Program-made: the position numbers and the translations under genes
In this document: one piece after another, positions 9,255 through 17,727 of the stretch
Layout of the letters: the number at the start of each line of letters is the position of its first letter
How positions within the stretch are numbered: the stretch's first letter is position 1
The notes under the pieces: model-generated
The model's input: the letters and a program-made list of their open reading frames with translations, nothing else
Told to the model about the DNA's origin: nothing
Database searches by the model: none
Assembly (NCBI GenBank): GCA_001816915.1
Contig: MHCL01000023.1
Location: 1 to 51,123, forward strand
Direction of reading: 5' to 3'
Source: Candidatus Chisholmbacteria bacterium RIFCSPLOWO2_01_FULL_49_14
GTDB lineage: Bacteria; Patescibacteriota; Microgenomatia; UBA1400; Chisholmbacteraceae
Length of the DNA stretch: 51,123 nt

Positions 9255-10838
9255 TGTTTCGCGAGTAGTCTTTAAACTTTTCTTCGATACTTCTTTAAGA
9301 CGCTTTAGTACTAACTTCCTGTTTTCTAAAAGGAACCAGGCAGCGCGGGGACCGTGGGTTTTGCCGATCAGCGCGAGGTAGATCGCTTCGAAACATTCTG
9401 CCGTCGGGATCTTCATCTTCTTTGTCCGTTCGTAGAGTGCCTGCTGCAGATCCTCCGGTTTCTTCCATTCTTCGGAGAGAAGTTCTTCAACATATGCCAA
9501 GAATTCTTTTTGTTCCAGAGACAACCTGTCGGCGGCTTTCGAGATCGAAGTTGTCAGCGAAAAAACCTGTTCTTCGGGAGCATATTGAGCGAGCCAAATT
9601 TTCGCGTATTTAACTCTTTCTTCCAGAACGCGGCGCTCTTCCCCGGTGAATTTGGATCCTTTTAATTTGGAGAACCTCTCTTCCGCATCGATTCCCGGGT
9701 GCTGAATGATGGAGGCGATTTCACGGAAACGCGGCAGAAAATGATTTTTGGAGGGACTGCCTTTCACCTGTGAAATTTCATAGATTCTTGCCAGTCTTTT
9801 ATCCTTTTTCTGCCAGAATGCACGCGCCGCATGATCATATTCGTCGAACAGATCAGGTATCGTCATGCCTGCCGGATCAAAATTGATCGCCCGATTGTAT
9901 TTCACCCGAGCGATCATGAAACGGATGAGATACGGCGGCAGGATTTCCGAGACTTCTTTGGCGCTGGAACCCAAGCCTTTTGATGAGCTCATCTTTCTAC
10001 CACCCACTAGAAAGAACTCATGCGAGAAGGGAAAAGGAACCGGATAATGAATGACCCGCTCACAGATCAACCTTGCCACGTCGTGTGAACCGCCCGCAGT
10101 CATGTGATCTTTGCCCGCGCCTTCGACGGTGACACCGATGACTTTCCATTTACACGCCCACTCAATCTTCCAAGGCAGTTTGCCGCTGCCGTTAAACGGC
10201 GAAACCTGGCCGTGATGCCCGCAGCCTTCTGTCCAGACGACCGCATGTGGGTTGCACTCGTAACTTACCTGTTCACCGTCCCAGCCTGTAACGACGGTCG
10301 TCGATAGCTTGCCGCATTGTTCACACGCCACGCTGAACGGAAACCAATTCTCCGGTTTGCCTTTTTTATAGATCGTTTTATAGATTGTTCTGATGGCTTC
10401 TGCCTGATCCAAGCAGGTTTTAATCGAGTCGTTCATTTTTCCCGAACGATAGAGCTGTGATCCCCAGATGATTTCCGGATGAACGTCCAGGCTGTTGAAG
10501 ATTTCTATATATTCCTGCCCCCAGCGCTGGCCATATGAGTCGTAGCCTTTTTCCGGCGAAGGAATTTGATAGAGCGGCTTGCCGAGATGCTGTCTATATT
10601 CCTTCTCGTCCAAGTAAGTAGGAAGCGAGTCCATGGGGTCATGATCGTCGAGCACATAGCTGAAGGTAACATCCTTTTTGCGATCTTTGAGTGCACGGCA
10701 GATGAGTTCATGGGTGAGCACCGCTCGTACAGAACCGATATGCACGCGCCCCGACGGGGTCTTCATGTCATCGACCCAGTAGGGTTTGTATTTCCCTGAT
10801 GTGATGATTTGATTTGCTAACTCGTCCGCCCAGTACAT
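9252..10838 (-). CDS. lysS: Lysine--tRNA ligase, class I
   Basis: MYWADELA, TPSGRVHIGS (HIGH-like), DDHDPM, GKLPWKIEW, EGAGKDH, KMSSSKG, GKTHGPR. Confidence 0.96.
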   Translation of the reverse strand: MYWADELANQIITSGKYKPYWVDDMKTPSGRVHIGSVRAVLTHELICRALKDRKKDVTFSYVLDDHDPMDSLPTYLDEKEYRQHLGKPLYQIPSPEKGYDSYGQRWGQEYIEIFNSLDVHPEIIWGSQLYRSGKMNDSIKTCLDQAEAIRTIYKTIYKKGKPENWFPFSVACEQCGKLSTTVVTGWDGEQVSYECNPHAVVWTEGCGHHGQVSPFNGSGKLPWKIEWACKWKVIGVTVEGAGKDHMTAGGSHDVARLICERVIHYPVPFPFSHEFFLVGGRKMSSSKGLGSSAKEVSEILPPYLIRFMIARVKYNRAINFDPAGMTIPDLFDEYDHAARAFWQKKDKRLARIYEISQVKGSPSKNHFLPRFREIASIIQHPGIDAEERFSKLKGSKFTGEERRVLEERVKYAKIWLAQYAPEEQVFSLTTSISKAADRLSLEQKEFLAYVEELLSEEWKKPEDLQQALYERTKKMKIPTAECFEAIYLALIGKTHGPRAAWFLLENRKLVLKRLKEVSKKSLKTTRET

Positions 10839-10976
10839 TTTATTTATAGTATTCCTTCCGGTAAGTATAGCAAAGCCTGCCCCACACATTTTCTCGAAAG
10901 TCGGCTAACTGCTTATTCAGCCGTATCCTCCTTCGAAAAATGTTGAGGGGTTATGTATTATTAGATTGTCTAAAGT

Positions 10977-11005
10977 AAATAAAAACCCGCTCATGGCGGG
11001 GTCTT
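10977..11005 (-). terminator. Intrinsic terminator after greA
   Basis: Minus strand CCCGC-CATGA-GCGGG followed by TTTTTATTT. Confidence 0.75.
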
Positions 11006-11028
11006 CATTCGTCTCTGCTACTCTTTTT

Positions 11029-11520
11029 TTAGTGGATTTTCTTAATGGTATACACGATTTTCCCCGCCGGAGCTTCGATCTCCACGTCTTCTCCGACCTT
11101 CTTGCCAACCAAGGCTTTTCCGAGAGGAGACTGGTGAGAAATTTTTTGCTGTTTGGGATCGGCTTCCCATTCGCCGACGATCGTATAGGTAAACGCTTTC
11201 CCGTTCCCGTGCACCGTAACTTTGCAGCCGATGTCAACGGTTTTGCTTTTTTTCTTGCCGTCAATGATGGCGACTTTGGACATTAACTCCTCAAGTTCTT
11301 CGATCCTGCCGTCTATGAAGGCGAGCTCATCGCGCGCTTGGTGGTATTCGCTATTCTCGGTCAAATCCCCAAAATCCCGGGCACGCGCAACCCGCTCGAC
11401 AGCTTTGGGGCGTTTTACTTCCTTATGCTCTGTGAGCTCGAGCGCCAATTCACTGTACCCTTCCTGGGTCATATGAACTTTTTCCGGCGCATGCACGATA
11501 ATAGCTTTTTGATTTGCCAT
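11029..11520 (-). CDS. greA: Transcription elongation factor GreA
   Basis: MTQEGY..L..EL, ARDFGDLTENSEY, GEWEADP...ISHQSPLGKALVGKKVG. Confidence 0.97.
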   Translation of the reverse strand: MANQKAIIVHAPEKVHMTQEGYSELALELTEHKEVKRPKAVERVARARDFGDLTENSEYHQARDELAFIDGRIEELEELMSKVAIIDGKKKSKTVDIGCKVTVHGNGKAFTYTIVGEWEADPKQQKISHQSPLGKALVGKKVGEDVEIEAPAGKIVYTIKKIH

Positions 11521-11581
11521 AGTTATCATTCAACTACATTTCTCATTGTCTCATATTGGAGAGACTCAACGAAGCCTTCGT

Positions 11582-11612
11582 AAAAATAAACTCCGCAGGA
11601 TACGAGGCGGAG
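11582..11612 (-). terminator. Terminator/attenuator hairpin in the greA leader
   Basis: CTCCGC-N10-GCGGAG followed by TTTATTTTT, between the promoter and the greA start. Confidence 0.65.
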
Positions 11613-11648
11613 ATCTTGGGCAGGCTTCTTTTATTAATTCCGAGAGGT

Positions 11649-11677
11649 ATCTTACCTCAAGATAATTGATCTGTCAA
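11649..11677 (-). promoter_or_regulatory. Sigma70-type promoter for greA
   Basis: TTGACA (11677-11672), 17-nt spacer, TAAGAT (11654-11649). Confidence 0.75.
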
Positions 11678-11682
11678 GATGT

Positions 11683-11778
11683 GTAGGAAATGAGTAGGAA
11701 ATCATGGGTAGGAAGTAATGAATAGGTAGTAATGAGCAATACATACTGAATGATGAATAATGAATTATGTATCAAGGA
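11683..11778. repeat. Degenerate 7-mer arrays
   Basis: gtaggaa/gtaatga/ataggta units, then tgaatga tgaataa tgaatta tgtatca. Confidence 0.65.
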
Positions 11779-11831
11779 ACAATACGTGATAGGTTTCAAA
11801 CCATTCTCTCGTCGGGTGCTACAATGCTTTC

Positions 11832-12740
11832 ATGATTCCGGGGATCAAAATCGGGCCGCGAAATTGGAAAGAGATTTTGGCTGCCTTCACTCCCAAGTGC
11901 TGTGAGGTGTGGTTTCGAGTCGATCAGATTACCCAATATGAGGAGATGTTTTCCACTCTTCAAGAGAATCGCATTCCGACGGGTTTGCATTTTTGGGGAA
12001 TACTTCCCGGCGGACTCATGCCAAACTTTGCCTATCCTGATGAGGATGTCCGCGGACCTTCCCTCAAGCTTGTGAAGCAATCGATTGACGTCGCGAGCGA
12101 GTACGGCTTTACCTATGTCAATATCCATCCCGGTTCCTATCGGCTATCCCGGGTGAATCTTGACAGGCTTTTCATGCGGCCCATTCAAGGCAGAGAAACT
12201 ACTGAGTCAGAAGGATATATGGTTCTTGCAGAAAACATCCAAGAACTCTCCAGCTATGCCCAGAGGCGTGGGGTTTTGTTCCTTGTCGAAACGGTTCCCG
12301 CGAGAGAGCCGCTCCATTTCCGCGATCTTATCTCCGGCAGGCGCAGGTCCCAAGATATGTGTAATGTTCCGGTTTCAGCGCTTGTGAATCTTGCGAGACC
12401 CGGTTTCTTTATCTGCAATGACCTCTGTCATACAACGATGGATATTATTTCCGACGACAGGGAATTCCTGTTCAAAGAACTGTTTCGTAAAACAAAGCGG
12501 TTGGCGCCGCAAACGAAACTCGTTCATCTCAATACCTTGCCTACCCCGTTCAATGGAACAGACGGGCATCTCGGAATTCGTCGTCGAGATTTTACCGATG
12601 ATGTTTTTCCGACCCGGGAGCAGATAAAACAGTTGCTCTCGCTGTTTGTCGATCGCGACGACGTCTGGGTTATTCCCGAGCCGTTTTCGGATCATGTCGA
12701 AAATACAAAGGCTCTAGAAGAGCTTCTTGAGGAAATCTAA
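11832..12740 (+). CDS. Xylose isomerase-like TIM-barrel protein (AP endonuclease 2 / sugar-phosphate isomerase family)
   Basis: GLHF, VNIHPG, FLVET, CNDLCH, VHLN..DGHLG and WVIPEP metal-ligand pattern. Confidence 0.75.
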   Translation: MIPGIKIGPRNWKEILAAFTPKCCEVWFRVDQITQYEEMFSTLQENRIPTGLHFWGILPGGLMPNFAYPDEDVRGPSLKLVKQSIDVASEYGFTYVNIHPGSYRLSRVNLDRLFMRPIQGRETTESEGYMVLAENIQELSSYAQRRGVLFLVETVPAREPLHFRDLISGRRRSQDMCNVPVSALVNLARPGFFICNDLCHTTMDIISDDREFLFKELFRKTKRLAPQTKLVHLNTLPTPFNGTDGHLGIRRRDFTDDVFPTREQIKQLLSLFVDRDDVWVIPEPFSDHVENTKALEELLEEI

Positions 12741-12743
12741 CGA

Positions 12744-12817
12744 GGTGACCCCACCGGGAGTCGAACCCGAATTACTACCTTGAGAGGGTAGCGTCCTAGC
12801 CATTAGACGATGGGGCC
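12744..12817 (-). tRNA. tRNA-Glu (CTC)
   Basis: GGCCCCA/TGGGGTC acceptor stem, anticodon arm CTACC-CTCTCAA-GGTAG, T arm TCGGG-TTCGACT-CCCGG. Ends ACC then T, so CCA is not fully encoded. Confidence 0.95.
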
Positions 12818-12934
12818 AATCTCAATCAAAACCGGACCTATTGATTGACATGATTCCGATGGTCCTATTTTATCATTCATTAGTTCCAACGGGATCGTTG
12901 ACCTAACAGTGCTTCAATCAATTCTACAGCGTAT

Positions 12935-13213
12935 TCAATACCAATTAAGGTATTTTTGCCTCAGGATATCGATGCTCATCAGATCGCCAATTTCTTCCAG
13001 ATATTCCCAAGTGAGCAACATCTCATCAGAACTGGGAATGCCGGTTTTCAGCATGCTTGCGTACCGCTCGTACTTCCTCGATAAACTGCCCGTTGAGACG
13101 TCCGCAAAATCGTCTCTGCCGTTATCTACTTCATTTGTCATGATGGGTCTATTATCCATCTTCCAGTCAAGCTGAGGCTCATCGTCAATGCTTTTGATCA
13201 TTCCCCTTCTCAT
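12935..13213 (-). CDS. Hypothetical protein
   Basis: 92-aa ORF with protein-like composition. No motif recognised and start uncertain. Confidence 0.4.
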   Translation of the reverse strand: MRRGMIKSIDDEPQLDWKMDNRPIMTNEVDNGRDDFADVSTGSLSRKYERYASMLKTGIPSSDEMLLTWEYLEEIGDLMSIDILRQKYLNWY

Positions 13214-13230
13214 GCTATGATGTTTGGACT

Positions 13231-13452
13231 ATGTGTTTTGCCCTTCCGCTTCGGGTCCGCTCCGCAACTGGAAAACAGGCGACGATGGAAGATGGCCGGA
13301 ACGTGACGTTGGCTATGGTCGGACCCGCACACCAAGGCGATTGGTTGCTTGTGCAATCGAATTTGGCTGTTGACACGCTTACTCAGTCAGAAGCGCGTGC
13401 GATGCGCTCGGCAATCAAGGAGGTTTCCCATGAACTACAATCGCGGAATTAA
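13231..13452 (+). CDS. hypC: Hydrogenase assembly chaperone HypC/HupF
   Basis: N-terminal MCFALP motif, GDWLLV, 73 aa, near hydrogenase genes. Confidence 0.88.
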   Translation: MCFALPLRVRSATGKQATMEDGRNVTLAMVGPAHQGDWLLVQSNLAVDTLTQSEARAMRSAIKEVSHELQSRN

Positions 13453-14350
13453 ATACGCCCTCGTTACGGCTGTGTTTTCCGGATTTGCCATTTATTTTAA
13501 TGGGATCGCTGTACGAACCGTCGGCGATCCCCTGGCGTTCACAACCCTGAAAAACCTCGGTGTCGGAATGATTCTGGCCGTACTTGTGGGAATAAAAATT
13601 TTCCGCAATCGATCCCTTTTGATCACACTTGCTCCCCGTGATTGGTTGCGGTTGCTTCTGATTGGCGTCATCGGAGGCAGCCTGCCGTTTTACCTGTTTT
13701 TCAAAGGGCTCTCCATAACCCCGGCGGCATCCGGCGCTATCATCCACAAGACCCTGATTTTTTGGGTCGCTCTTTGGGCAATCCCGTTTTTACACGAGAA
13801 GCTGACAATTCGGCAAGTCCTGGCGTTAGGACTTGTTTTCGGGAGTAGTTTTATCGTCGGCGGCATCACTTCGTTATCCTTCGGAACGGGCGAGATGATG
13901 ATCCTTGCGGCAACTATCCTCTGGGCTGTTGAGAATATCATTGCCAAGGTTGCATTGCGAAAGGTGGATGCCGACGTCGTCGTCGGGGCAAGGATGATTT
14001 TCGGATCTCTCCTTTTATTCGCGGCGACCATCTTTACTGGAAAAATGTCACTTATCTCACAGCTTACTCCAAGCCAATGGGGATTGACCCTCACCAGCAT
14101 CGCATTTTTAACCGGCTATGTGATGAGCTGGTACCGAGCCCTCCGGGAAGCGCCGGCCACTTTGGTGGCGACAGTCCTGACGCTGGGAGCTGTTATCACC
14201 AACGTTCTTTCGGCGGTGTTCATCACTCGTGCTTTCAAGATTGAACTCGTCTTGCAGACTATACTTTTGGGCGCCGGTGTGTGGCTCTTTTGGACGGCAA
14301 GCAAGAAAATCCCCAACTACACATTAAATGTGAAGTCGGAACATATTTAA
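13430..14350 (+). CDS. DMT/EamA family transporter
   Basis: AAGGAGG SD before ATG 13430. About 10 TM segments in two repeats, FLHEKL motif. Confidence 0.88.
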   Translation: MNYNRGIKYALVTAVFSGFAIYFNGIAVRTVGDPLAFTTLKNLGVGMILAVLVGIKIFRNRSLLITLAPRDWLRLLLIGVIGGSLPFYLFFKGLSITPAASGAIIHKTLIFWVALWAIPFLHEKLTIRQVLALGLVFGSSFIVGGITSLSFGTGEMMILAATILWAVENIIAKVALRKVDADVVVGARMIFGSLLLFAATIFTGKMSLISQLTPSQWGLTLTSIAFLTGYVMSWYRALREAPATLVATVLTLGAVITNVLSAVFITRAFKIELVLQTILLGAGVWLFWTASKKIPNYTLNVKSEHI

Positions 14351-14389
14351 TGTGTACCTCGAGAAAAACGCAATTACACATTTAATGTG
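14319..14389. repeat. Three copies of palindrome ACACATTWAATGTG
   Basis: Copies at 14319-14332, 14341-14355 and 14376-14389. Confidence 0.8.
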
Positions 14390-14398
14390 GGGAGATGA

Positions 14399-15142
14399 AT
14401 GGATGGAGTTTTGACTTGCGCGCGCTACGCCTTTGCCCCCAATTACTATAAGTACTGCGGTCCTGATGCAAACCGGACAATCGCTTCCTATCTCAAGGAA
14501 GAGGCTTCCGATCCGGGATTGTCGGCGTATCTCTCCGAGTTTGCCGTTCTTTTCCCTTATCTTCGGCTCATCGCTCATGAAAACGGGATTGCCGATCCAT
14601 TCGACCCGAGGGTTGTCGAAGCCTATTGGGTCGGCAACAGCCTCCTTGACCGGGTCGTGATGCGATCGTTTTCCGAACACCTTCAATACGAACAGAAGCT
14701 CCGGAAACGCTTGCCGGCAAAGAAAATGAAATGGATCGTCGAGAAAATACCGAGAGGAGCAAAGATCCACCACAGCTTCCACGTATTTTCGATTTTTACC
14801 CGAACCGGGCATCATGCCGTCGAGCATACGCTTGATACGATGGACAATTGTCGAATCTCCTGGGGACAAATAATTGCAAATGGCAAATGGCAAATGGCAA
14901 ATGGCAATATTAGAGTAAAGACTCAACAGCTTGTCAATGAAGAGGGGAAGTTGCGATTTAAAGACGGGGTAGTTCGAGAGGTGGCATTACCTGTCGATGG
15001 CGAGTTTGCGAAAAACCTAAAGCCTGGGGATTGGGTGACATTCCATTGGGGTTTTGTCTGTGAGAAAATCAATTCAGCGAAAGCCAAAAGACTTGAAGCA
15101 TTTACGCTGCATCATTTGAGGCTCGCGAATGAAACAATCTAG
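14399..15142 (+). CDS. DUF6390-like protein, hydrogenase-locus associated
   Basis: CARYAFAPN...YCGP, PYLRLIA..NGIADPFD.RVVEAYWVGN, HHSFHVF, DNCRISWG, GDWVTFHWGFVC. Confidence 0.8.
   Translation: MDGVLTCARYAFAPNYYKYCGPDANRTIASYLKEEASDPGLSAYLSEFAVLFPYLRLIAHENGIADPFDPRVVEAYWVGNSLLDRVVMRSFSEHLQYEQKLRKRLPAKKMKWIVEKIPRGAKIHHSFHVFSIFTRTGHHAVEHTLDTMDNCRISWGQIIANGKWQMANGNIRVKTQQLVNEEGKLRFKDGVVREVALPVDGEFAKNLKPGDWVTFHWGFVCEKINSAKAKRLEAFTLHHLRLANETI
14876..14908 (+). repeat. (GCAAATG)4 heptamer repeat inside the CDS
   Basis: Four perfect units plus GCAAT, encoding ANGKWQMANGN. Confidence 0.9.
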
Positions 15143-15184
15143 CGATGTTATAGCTAGTTAGCTTTTTAGGTTATTTGAATATTT

Positions 15185-15736
15185 ATGAATAAAGCGATAC
15201 GAATTCTGGTTTTCACAAACAGCTTTGTCCTTTTAGCCAGCGCGATGTTCGGTCCAATTTATGCCATCTTTGTTGAAGAAGTTGGCGGTGGAATTCTCGA
15301 GGCAAGCTGGTCAGTCGGGATTTACTCTCTCATGACCGCAATCGCGCTTTATGTATTCGGAAAATATGAAGATCGTATGAAACAGCAGGAGCTTGCCGTT
15401 GCCGCCGGGTATCTTATTCTTACAGTCGGGTACTTCGGCTACCTTTTCGTCCACTCGATTTGGGCTCTCTATCTCGTGCAGGTTATCTTGGGGGTCGGCA
15501 TGGCACTCTACTCACCAGCCTTTGATGCGCTTTATTCACAACATATCACTCCGACCCGAGCGGCCTCCCAGTGGGGAATCTGGGAGCTCATGGCCAATCT
15601 TATTTCTTCAGGAGGTGCGGTCTTGGGCGGGCTACTCGCGAACTTCTTCGGTTTTTCCATTCTTTTTGTCGCCATGGGCGTGTTGTGTTTTCTCAGCGCA
15701 GTTTTCATTTGGGTCCAACCCAGAAGAGTGCTTTGA
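15185..15736 (+). CDS. Half-size (6-TM) MFS transporter-like protein
   Basis: Motif-A-like FGKYEDRMK, QVILGVG.A...PA, six hydrophobic segments, 183 aa. Confidence 0.8.
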   Translation: MNKAIRILVFTNSFVLLASAMFGPIYAIFVEEVGGGILEASWSVGIYSLMTAIALYVFGKYEDRMKQQELAVAAGYLILTVGYFGYLFVHSIWALYLVQVILGVGMALYSPAFDALYSQHITPTRAASQWGIWELMANLISSGGAVLGGLLANFFGFSILFVAMGVLCFLSAVFIWVQPRRVL

Positions 15737-15738
15737 GC

Positions 15739-16116
15739 GTGAAAGTCTTTGTTTTCGGAAATCCTTTAATAGAAAAAGATTCGTTGCCGCTGCGGATTCT
15801 TCCGAGACTGCGAAAACGATTTCCGCAGATTGAGTTCGTGACAGCTGATCCGACTGAGTTACTTCATTATGATCAAGACGCGTTGATCCTGGATACCGCG
15901 GAAGGGATTGAGAAAGTCGTGGTCCTTAATGATATTTCAAAGCTTGATTTGCCCAAGCGCCTGAGCGTGCATGATTATGATTTGAATGTGGATCTCCACC
16001 TGCTTCAGAAATTGGGAAAGCTTCAGAACGTGAAGATTATTGCTGTGCCTTTGGAAATGGAAGAAAAAGAAGCTTTAGAGAGAGTAAGTGAAATACTCCT
16101 TTCGCACAAAGACTGA
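15739..16116 (+). CDS. Hydrogenase maturation protease-like protein (HyaD/HycI family)
   Basis: GTG start. VFVFGNPLIEKDS (GN..L..D), ILDT and SVHD motifs. Adjacent to the large subunit. Confidence 0.75.
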   Translation: MKVFVFGNPLIEKDSLPLRILPRLRKRFPQIEFVTADPTELLHYDQDALILDTAEGIEKVVVLNDISKLDLPKRLSVHDYDLNVDLHLLQKLGKLQNVKIIAVPLEMEEKEALERVSEILLSHKD

Positions 16117-16144
16117 TTTCATATGTTTTTATTCATCTTTTTTT

Positions 16145-16331
16145 GCCTGTAGCAGGCTCAATTTGTTACTTCTTTGCTCACCCAAAGAAGTAACTAAGAA
16201 AGGGAGCCCCATGCTTCGTCTGTGGCTGTACCTACTCTTTTTGCTTCGGGAAGTCCTTCCGAAATTCCCCATTCGACTGGCTCAGGGTCAGTTTCGGCTT
16301 TCCTCTCGCAAAAAGCGGGTTCAGCTGCACC
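16145..16331. repeat. Highly structured MITE/REP-like intergenic element
   Basis: Perfect 12-bp inverted repeat GTTACTTCTTTG/CAAAGAAGTAAC (16165-16194) plus a long nested stem at 16222-16328. Confidence 0.65.
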
Positions 16332-16364
16332 GACTTCGCCAAGGGATTTCTATTGGACTGTTTA

Positions 16365-17654
16365 TTAAGTCCATTTAATCTTGAGGAAGTGGGTGGCACA
16401 TGAGATGCAGGGGTCGTAGGCGCGGACGAACTTCTCGATCTCAAAGGAAATCTGCTCTTTCTCTTTATCAAGGTTTCCTTCAACGACGCCGACTAAATTC
16501 TTCTCCATGCTGATTTGGTTTTGGCCGGTGGGGACGACGATATCAGCCGAGACGACTTTGAGGTCTTTCACTTCCAACCGATGATAAAGAAGGCCTCTCG
16601 GCGCTTCGATGACTCCGACGCCGATGCCGTCTGACTGCGCTGCGGCAACCGGAACTTCGGGCGGAAATTCTTTGCGGTTTTCAAGCAATTCCAGGCTTTC
16701 GTCGATGCAGTGGAGGATCTCAATCGCTTGGGCCAGGTTGTTATGGAAGACATTTTTGGAAGGGAACTTCTCCAACGCCTGCCCGGCATCCCGCCTTGTG
16801 TTCGGATGCAGAAGGTGTTTTGACAGGTTGATACGAGCCAGCGCGCCGACCATGTAGGCATCTCCTTTGAATTTATAACCGGAGGCTTGCGAATAGGGAA
16901 TCACCGTGTGCTCCAGGTGCTCTCTTAACTGCGATTCGGGCATCACCTCTCCCGACGAGGTTGCGACGTCGCCATCAAGGAAGTTGTAATCCCGAGCTTT
17001 GAGCGCGACGAAGGTCGTTTCATCCAGAAATTCAAACGGGCAATCCGAAAAAACCTTCACCAGCCTTACGGCTGCCGGCCGGGCTTCCCTGAGAAGCTTT
17101 AGGGATTTTTCGATTTCTTCCCTTTGCGGAAACTGCGTAAATCCCCCGATCGTCGGATAGGGGGCGTGCACGCTTCTGCCGCCGAAGGCAATGCTCAATT
17201 GATTTCCCGAAGCTTTGACCGTGAAGGTGTCGTGAAGGAGCTGATGCTCAACCTCGTTACTCTCATCAAACTCGAGTATCGAGTCCTTTCCCAAAACATC
17301 CGGCAGTGAAAAGACATAGAGATGAAGGCCGTGATCGCGAATCATCAGGCCGTTGGTGACGAGCCTGCGCATGAGTTTTGTTTGCTCGGATGGTGTGATG
17401 CCGATCGCTTTCTCGACGGACTGTATGGAACAAAGAAGATGGGCATTGGAGCAGGTGCCGCAGATACGCGCCAAGAGCTGGGGTACGCCGGCAATCGGTT
17501 TTCCCCTGATTGCTTGGGTGTAGAAGCGTTTATAGTCGGAGAGCGAAAGTTTGAGATCCTCAACTTTTCCATCCCGGACTTTAACCTGCATGCCGGCCGT
17601 ACCCTCAATTTTGGAGATCTCTTCAACGGTAAGATCGAAACTGCCTTGATGCAT
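16365..17654 (-). CDS. NiFe-hydrogenase large subunit (group 3b-related)
   Basis: KIEG, L1 motif ARICGTCSNAH, EAPRG, VPTGQN, L2 motif RAYDPCISCATH with a short cleavable extension FLKIKWT. Confidence 0.93.
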   Translation of the reverse strand: MHQGSFDLTVEEISKIEGTAGMQVKVRDGKVEDLKLSLSDYKRFYTQAIRGKPIAGVPQLLARICGTCSNAHLLCSIQSVEKAIGITPSEQTKLMRRLVTNGLMIRDHGLHLYVFSLPDVLGKDSILEFDESNEVEHQLLHDTFTVKASGNQLSIAFGGRSVHAPYPTIGGFTQFPQREEIEKSLKLLREARPAAVRLVKVFSDCPFEFLDETTFVALKARDYNFLDGDVATSSGEVMPESQLREHLEHTVIPYSQASGYKFKGDAYMVGALARINLSKHLLHPNTRRDAGQALEKFPSKNVFHNNLAQAIEILHCIDESLELLENRKEFPPEVPVAAAQSDGIGVGVIEAPRGLLYHRLEVKDLKVVSADIVVPTGQNQISMEKNLVGVVEGNLDKEKEQISFEIEKFVRAYDPCISCATHFLKIKWT

Positions 17655-17727
17655 AGTTCAGTGGTAAAGATTAAGTGGTAAGTCAAGGAAATATGCTTCA
17701 ATCATATTTAGACTCTCCACTTATTCT

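Noticed and set aside
9252..10838. Class I LysRS as a novelty
   Set aside because: Known in several bacterial lineages. Not unusual.
12820..12867. Small pseudoknot in the tRNA-Glu 5' leader (GGACC/GGTCC with TCAATCAA/TTGATTGA)
   Set aside because: One stem is only 5 bp and could arise by chance. No comparative support.
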